Positions 9,806-20,500 of a stretch of DNA of 44,849 bases are shown piece after piece. The DNA is from Escherichia phage EC115. The stretch lies in sequence record NC_073080.1, one strand, 5' to 3'. The notes under the pieces were generated by a model. That model made no database searches. It was not told the DNA's origin and saw only the letters and a program-made list of their open reading frames with translations. Made by a program: the position numbers and the translations under genes. Numbering within the stretch: the stretch's first letter is position 1; every line of letters begins with the position of its first letter.

Positions 9806-10227
9806 TGAGCAATACCGCAATCCGCAAAGCGCTTAACAGCGTGGTTGAAGAGTTATCGGCAAGCCTGAGCACAAGCCAGCGTCCGATTAGGGTTAACTGG
9901 GAGAACGTGAGCGGCGACCACGCAAACGGCAGCGGTGTCTACCTGGAGCCGTACCTGCTACCGGCCCCGACCCAGTTTGTGGGCTTACAGCAGAAGGGTC
10001 GGATCTATGCTGGCGTATATCAGGTTGCCGTGGTGTTTCCCGCAGGAACTGGAACACAGTACGCGAGCGAACTGGCGGACGCCATCGCTACGTCTGATAA
10101 GTGGCTGGCGGTGAAGATTTCCGGTGCGTCATTTCAGCTTCAGGACGCGCCATACACCAGTTCAGTGATTGAAGACGTTGATCGCGCCCGCATCGTGGTT
10201 ACAGTACCCTACACCTGTTGCGCCTGA
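9805..10227 (+). CDS. Tail completion / terminator protein (putative)
   Basis: 140 aa ORF immediately upstream of the major tail protein gene; positional assignment only. Confidence 0.45.
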   Translation: MSNTAIRKALNSVVEELSASLSTSQRPIRVNWENVSGDHANGSGVYLEPYLLPAPTQFVGLQQKGRIYAGVYQVAVVFPAGTGTQYASELADAIATSDKWLAVKISGASFQLQDAPYTSSVIEDVDRARIVVTVPYTCCA

Positions 10228-10288
10228 TTTGGCGCTATTCTGCGCGTGCTGTATCATTAAACCGTATATCTAAACAGGAGCGTTCATT

Positions 10289-11014
10289 ATGGGTTATCAA
10301 CTTCCTAACGGGTCTAGCGTCCAGATTGGGTCCGTACTGGGCAACGGTATCGCTGTTACGGCAGCTACCAACGCCGCCGCGTCGATCTCTGATCTTACGA
10401 AAGGTTGCGTTATCACCTGCGCGGCTTCTCATGGCCTGCAAGTTGGTGACGTGGTTATGTTCACTAAAACCCCGTGGGTACGTGCGCTGAACCGCGCGTT
10501 TATCGTGGGTAAAGTGGCGACTAACGACGTTACACTGGCGCGCTTCGACACCTCGGACGTTACCAAATATCCTACCGGTGCTTTCGGCGTAGGCACACCA
10601 GGCGAGGTGGTGAAGGTGTCGAGCTTTATCGACTTCCCGTTTATCACTAACGTCGCCGTGTCTGGTGGCGACCAGCAGACTACTACCTTCCAGCCGTTGC
10701 AGGTGAATACCGCGATCAGTCTGAACACCACGAAAAACCCGTTGGTCCAGACCTACACTTTCACCCACGACGAAGAAGACCCGATCCGCCCGATTCTGGA
10801 AGACCTGGACGACACACAGAAAACCACTGTGATTAAGTTCACCAACCCGGCAGCGGCAAGCGGCAAAGGTGAGATCCGCATTTACCCGGCTAAGGTGTCT
10901 TTCCAGAAGATTCCATCTGCTGAAGTAAACAACGTGGAGACGGTGGAGTCCACCCTCACTATGCAGTCCGATATGGTTATTTACCGTAAGGATTTGGTCG
11001 AGGCGCTGTCGTAA
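10289..11014 (+). CDS. Major tail protein
   Basis: 241 aa Thr/Val-rich beta-type protein with strong RBS, followed by a terminator and then the G/GT chaperone genes. Confidence 0.65.
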   Translation: MGYQLPNGSSVQIGSVLGNGIAVTAATNAAASISDLTKGCVITCAASHGLQVGDVVMFTKTPWVRALNRAFIVGKVATNDVTLARFDTSDVTKYPTGAFGVGTPGEVVKVSSFIDFPFITNVAVSGGDQQTTTFQPLQVNTAISLNTTKNPLVQTYTFTHDEEDPIRPILEDLDDTQKTTVIKFTNPAAASGKGEIRIYPAKVSFQKIPSAEVNNVETVESTLTMQSDMVIYRKDLVEALS

Positions 11015-11043
11015 TTTGGTCGCTTAAATAGCGGGTGTTAATA

Positions 11044-11068
11044 TGGGGCCAGTACGGCCCCTTTTTTA
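11044..11068 (+). terminator. Intrinsic terminator after major tail gene
   Basis: GGGGCC-agta-CGGCCCC hairpin followed by a T-run. Confidence 0.6.
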
Positions 11069-11083
11069 TTGGAGAATTACATA

Positions 11084-11446
11084 ATGGCTAAATCACCACT
11101 CTTCACACTTGACCCTAAACCGACCTTTAAGCTGCCGATTGAGATCCCGCGCCCTGGTGAGAACGAACCGGGCAAAATGACGTTTACCGTGCGCCACCGC
11201 CCTATCGACGAATTTTCGCAGACCATGCAGGACACTGAGCGCAAATTGTCGGAGTATGACGACAATGACCCGGAAGGATTTAACGTTATGGTCGAGGCCA
11301 TCATGCACGTCGCTGAAGGCTGGAATTTGCCGGACGAATTTAATGCTGCCAACGTCCGCCGCCTGGTAGTCAACTACCCGCGCGCGTTCGGCGTGTTCCA
11401 TACGTCGTACTACCTCGAATTGATGGGGTTGCGTGAAAAAAACTAA
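11084..11446 (+). CDS. Tail assembly chaperone G
   Basis: 120 aa from ATG 11084 (GGAGA RBS; track ORF begins at a TTG at 11069); acidic; ends two codons after an A_AAA_AAC slippery heptamer. Confidence 0.7.
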   Translation: MAKSPLFTLDPKPTFKLPIEIPRPGENEPGKMTFTVRHRPIDEFSQTMQDTERKLSEYDDNDPEGFNVMVEAIMHVAEGWNLPDEFNAANVRRLVVNYPRAFGVFHTSYYLELMGLREKN

Positions 11447-11760
11447 TTGAGGCGGCGCGGCGCTTTTATGGCCCGCCGCCACCCTCCGAAGATTTAGCCG
11501 CAAGTTTATGGGGCGCGACACCTGAAGACGTGTGTCCACCCGTTGCGCTGTGGCCCGACAACGCGAAGGTAGTCGCAGTCTTCACAGATTGCTCCACGCA
11601 ATGGCGTACCGGATTTGGTGGCGCATACGGCATCGACTACGGCGTACTGGAATGGTTATTTAAGATGCACGGCATCGAAAACGCGCAACGTGCGTTTAAA
11701 GATATCAAGCTAATGGAACGCGTTGCGCTGGATGAGATGGCGCGGCAGAACCCCGCATAA
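11084..11760 (+). CDS. Tail assembly chaperone GT (-1 frameshift fusion product)
   Basis: The -1 frame is open from 11443 to the stop at 11760 (includes track ORF 11530..11760); slippery site at 11437-11443 and GC-rich stem-loop about 8 nt downstream. Confidence 0.6.
11437..11480 (+). other. Programmed -1 ribosomal frameshift site (slippery heptamer plus stem-loop)
   Basis: A_AAA_AAC in the G frame, followed by GGCGGCG...CGCCGCC hairpin. Confidence 0.6.
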
Positions 11761-11764
11761 CGAA

Positions 11765-12076
11765 GCGGGACAGGCGGGACGTCCCGTTTTGTCCCGCCAC
11801 CATTAAACCGCATATATACTCACTTTCATTGCATAAACTAAAAGCGGGACAGGGGTGCTGTCCCGATCTGTCCCGCCCCTCAAAAGTGAATGGCTATGCG
11901 GTTTTTCTGCATAAAACAAACGGGACAGAAAGCGGGACAGAATGAGGCGGGACAAAGCGGGACAGCACCCCTGTCCCAGTCAGTGCTGCCGCTGGTTTTA
12001 GCCGATCGGGACAGGCGGGACAAAGCCCAGTCTTTCAGACTAGACGGGGGTCAATGGCCCCCCTCGTCTGAGACTG
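11765..12076. repeat. Iteron array: about 13 copies of GCGGGACA(G/A) in both orientations plus a ~48 bp imperfect palindrome
   Basis: Direct and inverted GGGACAG copies, including GGGACAG-N5-CTGTCCC and GGGACGTCCC palindromes; ends with AGTCTTTCAGACTAGACGGGGG-N7-CCCCCCTCGTCTGAGACTG; 33-mer shared exactly with the array at 39942-40099. Confidence 0.75.
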
Positions 12077-12144
12077 AATAAGGTTTGTTTTAAATTCGCT
12101 GATACAATGACCGACGGCAACTGCATAAAAAGGGGGACTGCATA

Positions 12145-14787
12145 ATGGCAGATCAGGCAGCGGGCATCACGCTCAAGGCGGACGTCGCGCAAATTAAAAC
12201 GGCTAATACTGTGCTGGACACATTCGCGCAGAAATCCGAGAACACAGAACAGAAAGTAAAGAAATTAAACGACACACTCGGCAAGTCGAAAAAGGTTACT
12301 GGCGACGCCGCGGGCGGAATGGAAAAGTTAGCGACTGAATCGCAGCGCGCCGCCGACGGCATGACGAAACAGGAGCGACTAGCCAGCCGATTAGGCATGT
12401 CGACCAAAAACCTGGGATTTGCTTCACGGAACGCGGCATTCCAGTTACAGGATATTGCGGTAACGCTTGAGATGGGTATGCCGGTGCACCGCGTCATGCT
12501 TCAGCAGTTACCACAGCTAACCGGCGCATTCGGCGGATTAGGTAACACGCTGCGTTATGTTGCGGGCTTCCTCGGCCCAGTAGGGATCGGACTTGCGGCA
12601 GTAACGGCGACGTTAGGCGTGGGCGTGGCAATCACGTCACGGGCAGAGAACCAGGTAGCCGCGCTTAATAAGACGCTGGCGCTGTCCGGTAATATTTCAG
12701 GCCTCACAGCTAACCAGATCCTTGTGCTGTCCGAGAACGCTGAGCGCATGGGCGGGTCATTTCGCAAGACGCGTGACACAATCCAGGCGCTGGCGGCGGC
12801 GGGTGTGAAAGCGGGTGGTGACTTCGGCGCATTGGCTAAGGTAGTTAATGACTTTGCGAAGGTGTCCAGCCAGCCGATCGAGGATGTGGTGGCGGCGGTG
12901 GCGAAGCTGTCAACCGACCCCGTTGGCGGACTGCGTGCGCTGGCGGATAAGTATCACGTCGTAAACGAAGCGCAGATCCAGCAGGTACAGTCGCTCGTTG
13001 ATGCGGGTCGTGAGACAGACGCAGTTGCGTTGGCTAACAAAACAGCCGCTGCGTCGTTCACCAGTATGACCAATGAGATCAAGGCGAACATGGGTACGCT
13101 TGAGCGATCTATGAACGTCGTCACATCGGCAGCCAAATCAATGTGGGATGCCATCCTGGATGTGGGCCGCGCGCAGTCCTCCAATGAGTCCGAGATGAAA
13201 GCGCGCGAATCACTACAGCGCATGACCACGGCTTACTATGCCGAGATGAAAGCGGTAAACGCTGCCGGTGGGGTAATGACTGAAGCGCAGAAAGCACGTA
13301 TTAACATGCTTTACAGCGAACTGGTCGCCCAGGAAAAAGTGGTGGCGTCGCTCACCCTGCGTAACCGTGCTGAGCGAGACAACGCCCGCGCCGCAGACGA
13401 ATCCGCAAAGGCGAACGAGGAGGCCAACCGCACTGCCCGTGACCGCGCCGCGTTCGAGAAGGAATACGCCACCAACGCTAAGAAGCGCGCCGACGAGATC
13501 GCCCGCCTCAATTTGCTGAATAAGCGCGGCGTTATTGATGAGAAAGAACTAGCCGAGGCGGTGAAGCAGGTAAACGAGCGGTACAAAGACCCAGCCCCGA
13601 AAAAGGCCGCGGCTGTTCGCGTGGATGCCGGTATGAAAATGCTGGAAGTCGCACGGAGCGAACTGGCCCAGCTTCGAGAATCCGGCAAGCAGATCGAAGC
13701 CAACGCGTCTACGCAGACCCGCACGCAACGCGCTCAAGCGGCCTTAAACAAGCTGATCGCCGACAATGAGCAGTTAATCGCTGCGAGCAAAGAAAGAGCG
13801 CTAACGGCAGCAGAAAAGCAGCAATTAGTCGAGTTCGGGCGCGTGAAGGAAGTCCGCGAGCAGATCGTCGAAGAAGCCAAATTGCTGGATGCGAAAGAGC
13901 AGCAGGTTAAGGCGCACGCGCAGATCGATGCCTTCGTTAAGAACCAGAACGCCGAACTAAAAGCCACCGCCGCGGGGTATGCGCTTTCCACTCGCGAAGC
14001 GGCAAACCTGCGCGAAGAATTGCAGCTAATTGACCGCCTGAAGCGGGTTGGCGCTAACGATACCGATATTGACAAGGCGGTGTCTAAGCTGCGAGAAGTG
14101 CAGGAAGCACAGACCGGCGCTAACGCCTCGTTATGGGATGGATTCAGTCGCGGGCTTAAGGATAGCGTGGATGAAATGGGTAACGGATATACGCAGATGG
14201 CGTCGCTCACGAAATTTACATTCAGCGCTATGCAGGACACGATGAACGAGTTTTTCGAGACTGGTAAGCTGAACGCAAAGGATATGGTTAAGTCCATCCT
14301 GAGCGAATTAATCAAGCTGGCTACCTCGCAGGCGTTCAAGTCCATCGTTAGCGCTTTCGGTGGTGACGGCGGCAAAAACGGATTGTTCGGCGCTATCTTC
14401 TCTGGCCTCACTAAGAATGCGGACGGCGGAGCGTACACAGGCGGCAATCTCGCGGCCTATTCGGGGAAAGTGGTAAGCCAGCCTACCTTTTTCAGTTATG
14501 GCGTCCAGGCGTTCGCTAAGGGCGCTGGGTTGATGGGTGAGGCTGGACCCGAGGCCATCATGCCACTGAAGCGCGGGCCGGACGGGAAACTGGGCGTTGC
14601 CGCGTCTGGCGCAGGCGGTGGTATGGTCGTGACGACTAACGTTTACACGGGGACCGGTAAGACGGACACCAGTGTTAGCGGGCCAGACCCACGTACCGCG
14701 CAGGCGTTCGGCAAGCAAATCACCGAGGCGGTGAAGTCCGAGATCGTGAAAGCGACTAAACCAGGTGGTGTACTTTACAAACGATGA
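12145..14787 (+). CDS. Tail tape measure protein
   Basis: 880 aa, Ala/Gln-rich coiled-coil with Gly-rich C-terminal region; follows G/GT and precedes the M-L-K-I-J block. Confidence 0.9.
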   Translation: MADQAAGITLKADVAQIKTANTVLDTFAQKSENTEQKVKKLNDTLGKSKKVTGDAAGGMEKLATESQRAADGMTKQERLASRLGMSTKNLGFASRNAAFQLQDIAVTLEMGMPVHRVMLQQLPQLTGAFGGLGNTLRYVAGFLGPVGIGLAAVTATLGVGVAITSRAENQVAALNKTLALSGNISGLTANQILVLSENAERMGGSFRKTRDTIQALAAAGVKAGGDFGALAKVVNDFAKVSSQPIEDVVAAVAKLSTDPVGGLRALADKYHVVNEAQIQQVQSLVDAGRETDAVALANKTAAASFTSMTNEIKANMGTLERSMNVVTSAAKSMWDAILDVGRAQSSNESEMKARESLQRMTTAYYAEMKAVNAAGGVMTEAQKARINMLYSELVAQEKVVASLTLRNRAERDNARAADESAKANEEANRTARDRAAFEKEYATNAKKRADEIARLNLLNKRGVIDEKELAEAVKQVNERYKDPAPKKAAAVRVDAGMKMLEVARSELAQLRESGKQIEANASTQTRTQRAQAALNKLIADNEQLIAASKERALTAAEKQQLVEFGRVKEVREQIVEEAKLLDAKEQQVKAHAQIDAFVKNQNAELKATAAGYALSTREAANLREELQLIDRLKRVGANDTDIDKAVSKLREVQEAQTGANASLWDGFSRGLKDSVDEMGNGYTQMASLTKFTFSAMQDTMNEFFETGKLNAKDMVKSILSELIKLATSQAFKSIVSAFGGDGGKNGLFGAIFSGLTKNADGGAYTGGNLAAYSGKVVSQPTFFSYGVQAFAKGAGLMGEAGPEAIMPLKRGPDGKLGVAASGAGGGMVVTTNVYTGTGKTDTSVSGPDPRTAQAFGKQITEAVKSEIVKATKPGGVLYKR

Positions 14788-14793
14788 TAAAAT

Positions 14794-14820
14794 GGCCCTC
14801 ACTACAACGTGGGGGCTTTT
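14794..14820 (+). terminator. Hairpin plus T-run directly before the gene M start
   Basis: GCCCTCAC-tacaac-GTGGGGGC followed by five T, then ATG at 14822; terminator or attenuator. Confidence 0.4.
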
Positions 14821-14821
14821 T

Positions 14822-15421
14822 ATGTCACAAGGTACAATCACACTAACGAAAGGAAGTAAGACCGTCACGGGCGCGGGAACGGCGTTCCTTAGCGAGATCG
14901 GGAAGGTACTCGTATTCGCCCGCATCGACGGCAACGACTACACCGGCAAAATTGCGGCATTCAACTCGAACACGGTCATTACGCTGAAAGATAACTGGGC
15001 TGGGCCAACGAAATCCGGTGCGGCATATGAGCTAATCGAAGCACACGACCCGCGATCAAACGAATGGCCCTATTACTGGCACATGCAATTGCAGGGCGGT
15101 GGCGACGTGCAGTTAGCTTTCCGGTCCGAGGAATTGCAATTCGGTAATGGCTACGGGCAGAACATCGCGGACGGCCCGAACGCCGAAACTAAACAGTTCC
15201 CCGTGCAATTCATAGGGCTGACTACTGACAAGTGGTGCAACCCTAAACTGGTTTACAACTTCCTTCGCGGGCACTTCGTCAAGCCGTTTGTCGTCACCGC
15301 GCCGGATGGCGAAACAGGTTTATTCGTGGTCGAGCGTTCGAGCTTGTCGTACACGGACAACGGACACCTCACGGCAACCGTATCCGCCACCCTTAAGACT
15401 GCTATTGGATTCGTAAGATGA
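14822..15421 (+). CDS. Minor tail protein M-like
   Basis: About 200 aa first gene after the tape measure in lambda-like order; start at ATG 14822 (track ORF 14765). Confidence 0.7.
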   Translation: MSQGTITLTKGSKTVTGAGTAFLSEIGKVLVFARIDGNDYTGKIAAFNSNTVITLKDNWAGPTKSGAAYELIEAHDPRSNEWPYYWHMQLQGGGDVQLAFRSEELQFGNGYGQNIADGPNAETKQFPVQFIGLTTDKWCNPKLVYNFLRGHFVKPFVVTAPDGETGLFVVERSSLSYTDNGHLTATVSATLKTAIGFVR

Positions 15422-16206
15422 ATAAACTTTATCGCGAGGCGACGCGCTTTGACCCATCGGGTCGCGTTCGCCTGATTCACATTGACGCGCAGGACGTGGA
15501 ACCAGGCGACGGTGCGATCGGCGCGGGCCATCACTATTTCCACTACTGCTTTATTCCGCACACTGCCGAGGATATTGCTGCCGCCGGTGGTGACGAGGAT
15601 AAGCTAAAACCTAAATCCATCTTCTTCGGCGGGCAGGAGTTCGAATTTTGGCCCTTCGATTTGTCCGGCCTTAACTTCTCCACATCGACGGCGGCAGAAC
15701 CGCAACTAACAATCGTCGATATTGGCGGCATAATAACCCGGCTGTCGCTGAACCACGACCAGCTACTTGGCGCGAAGGTTGAGATCATTGATACGTTCGC
15801 GAAGTTCCTGGACAACGGGGCAGATCCAGACCCGACGCAGAAACGAGTTCAGGAGTATTACATCGACTCGCAGGTCGGGCGCAATCCGGGCAAGCAAATT
15901 ACCTTCGCACTATCCTCGCCTGCGGATATGGAAGGGCAGGTCGTTCCCCGTCGCCAAATCATGAATATGTGCGAGTGGGCGCTCAACGGGAAGTACGCCA
16001 GCGGGGACGGGTGCACCTGGAACCTTGCGAAGCCTGGTATAAAGTATTATGACGAGCGGGGTAATGAAGTCATTGCGATGAATATGGACCGATGTGGCGG
16101 CTGTTTGTCCGACTGTTATCTTCGATTTGGGCAAGGGCTTGCGGACCCGAAAGCGGCGGTGCTGGACTTCGGCGGCTTTCCTGGGTCCAGATTAATTAAG
16201 GGGTAG
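15418..16206 (+). CDS. Minor tail protein L-like
   Basis: 262 aa; overlapping start with the M gene; Cys cluster near the C-terminus; second in the M-L-K-I-J order. Confidence 0.7.
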   Translation: MNKLYREATRFDPSGRVRLIHIDAQDVEPGDGAIGAGHHYFHYCFIPHTAEDIAAAGGDEDKLKPKSIFFGGQEFEFWPFDLSGLNFSTSTAAEPQLTIVDIGGIITRLSLNHDQLLGAKVEIIDTFAKFLDNGADPDPTQKRVQEYYIDSQVGRNPGKQITFALSSPADMEGQVVPRRQIMNMCEWALNGKYASGDGCTWNLAKPGIKYYDERGNEVIAMNMDRCGGCLSDCYLRFGQGLADPKAAVLDFGGFPGSRLIKG

Positions 16207-16208
16207 CC

Positions 16209-16949
16209 ATGTTAACGAAAAAGGTTAAAAGCGATATCGCCGCGCACGTTGCGGCGTGTCTGCCAGAAGAAGCCTGCGGCCTGGTGGTCATGGTGGGTCG
16301 TAAGCAAGTGTTCGTCCCATGTCTGAACGTATTTGAAGACCCGACCGGCGTGCGCTCACGCAAAGACGCGTTTACTATTAGTGATATGGCCTGGATGGAT
16401 GCCGAGGATATGGGCGACGTCGTGCGCGTAGTCCACTCGCATCCGGGCCAGCGCGAGCTTACCCCATCACTGGGAGACGTTAACGGATGCAACGGCAGCG
16501 GCGTAGTCTGGACCATCACTAACGAATATGGCGACTTTATCGAGATCGACCCTGAAGACCCGCCGCTGGTAGGCCGCCGATTTGTTCTCGGAATTACAGA
16601 TTGTTATGGCCTCGTCATGGACTGGCACAAAAAGCAGGGCGTAAACCTGCCAGACTTCCGCGTGCCGTATAACTGGTGGGAGACAGGCGAAAATCTGTAT
16701 ATGGATAACTGGTACGGCGCGGGCTTCAGGGAATGCGAGGAGAATACGCCGGGGGCGATGGTTATCATGCAGATTAGCGCGCCAGTGCCTAACCACGCTG
16801 GGATATTCCTTCCGGGCAACCAACTACTACACCATATCTACGGCAGTCTGTCGAGCGTAGTCCCCTTCCGGGCAGGATTTTTCCGCGACAATGTGGTTAA
16901 ATGGGTCCGTCATAAAGACCTACCGGGGAATATCACAGAATGGCAATGA
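16209..16949 (+). CDS. Tail assembly protein K-like (JAMM/MPN plus NlpC/P60-like)
   Basis: 246 aa; VVHSHPGQ JAMM-type metal-binding motif and a Cys-containing GITDCYGLV segment. Confidence 0.8.
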   Translation: MLTKKVKSDIAAHVAACLPEEACGLVVMVGRKQVFVPCLNVFEDPTGVRSRKDAFTISDMAWMDAEDMGDVVRVVHSHPGQRELTPSLGDVNGCNGSGVVWTITNEYGDFIEIDPEDPPLVGRRFVLGITDCYGLVMDWHKKQGVNLPDFRVPYNWWETGENLYMDNWYGAGFRECEENTPGAMVIMQISAPVPNHAGIFLPGNQLLHHIYGSLSSVVPFRAGFFRDNVVKWVRHKDLPGNITEWQ

Positions 16950-17557
16950 CAACGTTTAAATTGTACGGCGTCTTAGGGCGTCGATTCGGTAAAGTTCATA
17001 AGCTGGACTGCTTCACTCCGGGCGAGGGTATTACCGGCCTGTGCGTGAAGTTACCCGGCTTACAGGACTTTCTAATGTCAGCCCACCTGGACAATATGAT
17101 GTTCAAGGTGCGCAAAGGCGACCACACGATGACCGGCTATGATGAGCTGGGTGAGTTCCACGGCAACCGCGTCGTCACCATCGCGCCGGTTATGACTGGC
17201 GCAAAAAGAGGGTTGGGACAATTGCTGGCGGGTGTCGCGATCGTAGTGGCGTCGTTCTATACGGGCGGACTTGCTACTGCCGCTTTCGGGGCTTCGGCTG
17301 CAACCGCTGCCGCTATCGGGACGGCGACGTTTTCGTTCGGGATGTCGATGGCGCTGGGTGGCGTTATGCAATTGCTGTCGCCACAACCGAAGGGATTGCA
17401 GACAAGGCAGGACGTGGATAACAAGGCGTCGTATGCGTTCGGCGGCCCAGTAAACACTACCGCGCAAGGCACGGCTCTTGGTGTATTATGGGGCGAGCGT
17501 GAGATCGGCGGCGCTATTATTTCAGCCGGAATCGTAACCGAGGACTTGAACGAATGA
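16940..17557 (+). CDS. Tail assembly protein I-like
   Basis: 205 aa with Gly/Ala-rich hydrophobic C-terminal half; overlaps the K and J genes. Confidence 0.7.
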   Translation: MAMTTFKLYGVLGRRFGKVHKLDCFTPGEGITGLCVKLPGLQDFLMSAHLDNMMFKVRKGDHTMTGYDELGEFHGNRVVTIAPVMTGAKRGLGQLLAGVAIVVASFYTGGLATAAFGASAATAAAIGTATFSFGMSMALGGVMQLLSPQPKGLQTRQDVDNKASYAFGGPVNTTAQGTALGVLWGEREIGGAIISAGIVTEDLNE

Positions 17558-20500
17558 CGATTATCTACGACGTCACAGGGCATAAAGGCGGCGGCGGCAA
17601 ACAGCACACCCCACAGGAGACGCCAGATAGCCTGCATTCGCTGGCTAAAATCCGCATCTTGCTTGCACTGGGCGAGGGTGAATTCGAAAGTATTACCAGC
17701 GCCAGCGAATTGCGGCAGCGTGTTTACCTGGACGGAACACCGATCCAGAACGCTGACCTGTCCGAAAACTTCCCTGGCGCGCGTGTGGAGTTCCGCCCCG
17801 GCACACAGCACCAGGATGTGATCCACGGATTTTCAGCGGTGGAAAGTGAGCAATCTGTCGGCGTAAAACTGGAAAACGGCACGCCGTGGGTGCGCCAGAT
17901 TAACGATACCAGTCTGGACGCTGTTCGCATTCGCATCGGCATTCCAGCCCTGTACACTAACGAAGATAATGGCGACCTGGTGGGCGGGCGCATCGACTAT
18001 AAGATAGTTGTGTATACGGATAACGCCGACCCGCGTGAGTTCAGATTCGCCGCCGTTGGTAAAACAATGTCGCTATATGAGCGCGACCACCGCATCGAAT
18101 TACCTCCGAACGTTAACACCGGCTGGCGCGTGGAGGTGCACCGCATAACGGCAGACTCCACATCGGCGAAAGTGGTTAATGATATCCGGGTGCAGTCCAT
18201 CACTGAGATTATTGACGCCCGCCTGCGTTACCCGCTAACCGCGCTGTTGTTTGTGGAGTTCGACGCCAAAGCGTTCCAGAACATCCCGCGCGTGTCCATC
18301 AAGTGCAAAGGCCGTAAAGTTCTAATACCGAACAACTACGACCCGATTAATCATACCTATTCCGGGGACTGGGACGGCACGTTTAAACGCGCATGGACGG
18401 ATAACCCTGCGTGGCACTGGTACGATATTTGTATTACTGAGCGCTTCGGCCTCGGTCGGCGTATCAAACCGCAAATGTTAAACCGGTACGCGCTCTACCA
18501 GATTGCGCAGCGCTGCGATCAGTTGGTCAGCGACGGCAACGGTGGTCGAGAAATCCGCTTTAAGAATGATATGTACATCCAGTCGCAGACAGACGCCTGG
18601 ACCGTGCTTAAGGATTTGGCGGCCATCTTCGCCGGAATGACCTGGTGGGGTAACCAGATGTTGAATATCGTCAGTGACCAACCGGTCGCGGCGGTGTCGC
18701 ACACTATCACCAACGCCTCGGTAATTGATGGGCGATTCGACTACGCATCTGGTAGCCAGAAAACGCGCTATTCCACATTCGCGGTAGCATACGGCAATCC
18801 GAAAAACCACTATGAAGATGCTATCGCAACGGGGCAACGTGTCGAACTGGTACGCCGCCATAAGATTAACCGTCTTGATATTACGGCGATCGGCTGTACG
18901 CGTGAATCTGAAGCGCAACGCCGGGGGCACTGGGCGCTAATCTCAAACCAGCTTGACCAGCAAGTTAGTTTTAAGGTGGGCATGGAGGGGTTATTCTTTA
19001 TCCCCGGTAGCGTAGTTGCGATCGCAGATACTAATATTTCTGGCGGATTCGAGACTCGTGGCGGTCGCCTGTTGTCGGACCCTGGAACGCGTACCGTGCT
19101 GAACACGGACAGCGAAATCACATTCCGCCCTGGCGATAAGTTCCTGGTACGCACCGATAGCGGTAATGTGGAGACTCGCGAGATCGCCAGCGTCAACGGC
19201 AACAAGGTTACGCTAAAAACCGCACTTGATGCCGACCCGATTCCAGACCAGCCGTTTTGCGTTGATGGCGACGATATCCAGTTGCAAAAATTCCGCATCA
19301 CCGACCTGGAATATGACGACTCTACGAGCACTTTCTCGGTGCGCGGGATTGAATACAACGATAGCAAGTATGATGCCGTTGATAATGGCGCTCGCCTTGA
19401 CCCTGGCATCTTTACGCAAGTGCCTGACGGTGTAATGAAGGGGCCGGAATCCGTGACCATCACCCCGTCGCAGATTTCATCGCAAGGCCAGCTAATCACC
19501 AACGTGGATATTGTATTCCCTCCGGTGAAGGATGCCGTGGTGTATGAAATCCAGTGGCGACGTACCAGCTTGCAGAATATGGAAATCCAGTGGGGTAACG
19601 ACTGGGTGAATATCCCACGCACGGCGTCGAACGGCGCGCACATCCCCAACGTGTTCTCCGGTAACTATCAGGCACGCGTCCGCGCGATCGGTATGGGCGA
19701 GATTTCATCTCCGTGGGTGTCGTCCGCCATCACGCCGGTGGAAGGTCGTCTCGGTGGGCTTAACGCACCAATCATCACCAACGCTATTTCGGGCCTTCAC
19801 CAGATCTTGTGGAAGTGGAACCACAACAACGCCGCTACTGATATCTCGTACACCGAGCTTGAAGTGCGCAAGACCGGTGAGACTGAATGGAAATTCCTTA
19901 CCAACGTCCCATATCCGGGGGCGGAGTATGCGCAAACATCGCTGGAGTTCGGAATTTACCAGCAGTTGCGCGCCCGTGTAGCGGATAAAATCGGCAACCT
20001 GTCGGACTGGTCGGCCCCGTTTGAAGGGCAGGTGAGTGACAAAGTTGACGAGTACATGAAGGGGCTTGATGACGAGTTCTTGACTTCCGAGGATGGTAAA
20101 CGCTTCCAGGAAGCAATCAACACGATCCCGCAGGGTATTTACGAGGCGATGCTCACCGACGCGCAGCAATTGTTCAACGCCCGCGCCGAGTACAAGGGTA
20201 TTTATGCGGAAATCTCGGTCGCGTATAACGTGGCGGCGGACGCCCACAAGGCGGTCGCTCAACTGGAGACGTTGATCGGCACGCGACTTGATGACGCGGA
20301 AGCTGCGATCCACACGTTGCAGACCGCGCAGAGCACACAGGAACAAGCGTTCGCCCAGTATCAGCAAACTGTTGCCGCTAAGTTCGGGGAACAAGAAGCC
20401 GCCATCCAGCAGGTACAAACGGCAACCGCAGACGTGGCGGGAGCGCTGGCGGAATATAAGACCCAGGTCGCTGCACAGTTCGGTCAGCAGTCCGCCGCTA

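Noticed and set aside
11765-12076. Possible CRISPR array
   Set aside because: Repeat unit is only 8-9 bp with 1-6 bp spacing, in both orientations, with no regular repeat-spacer periodicity.
11890-12081. 63 aa ORF (MAMRFFCIKQTGQKAGQ...) inside the first repeat array
   Set aside because: The reading frame is created by the GCGGGACA repeats and palindrome, has no RBS and gives a low-complexity product; most likely non-coding.
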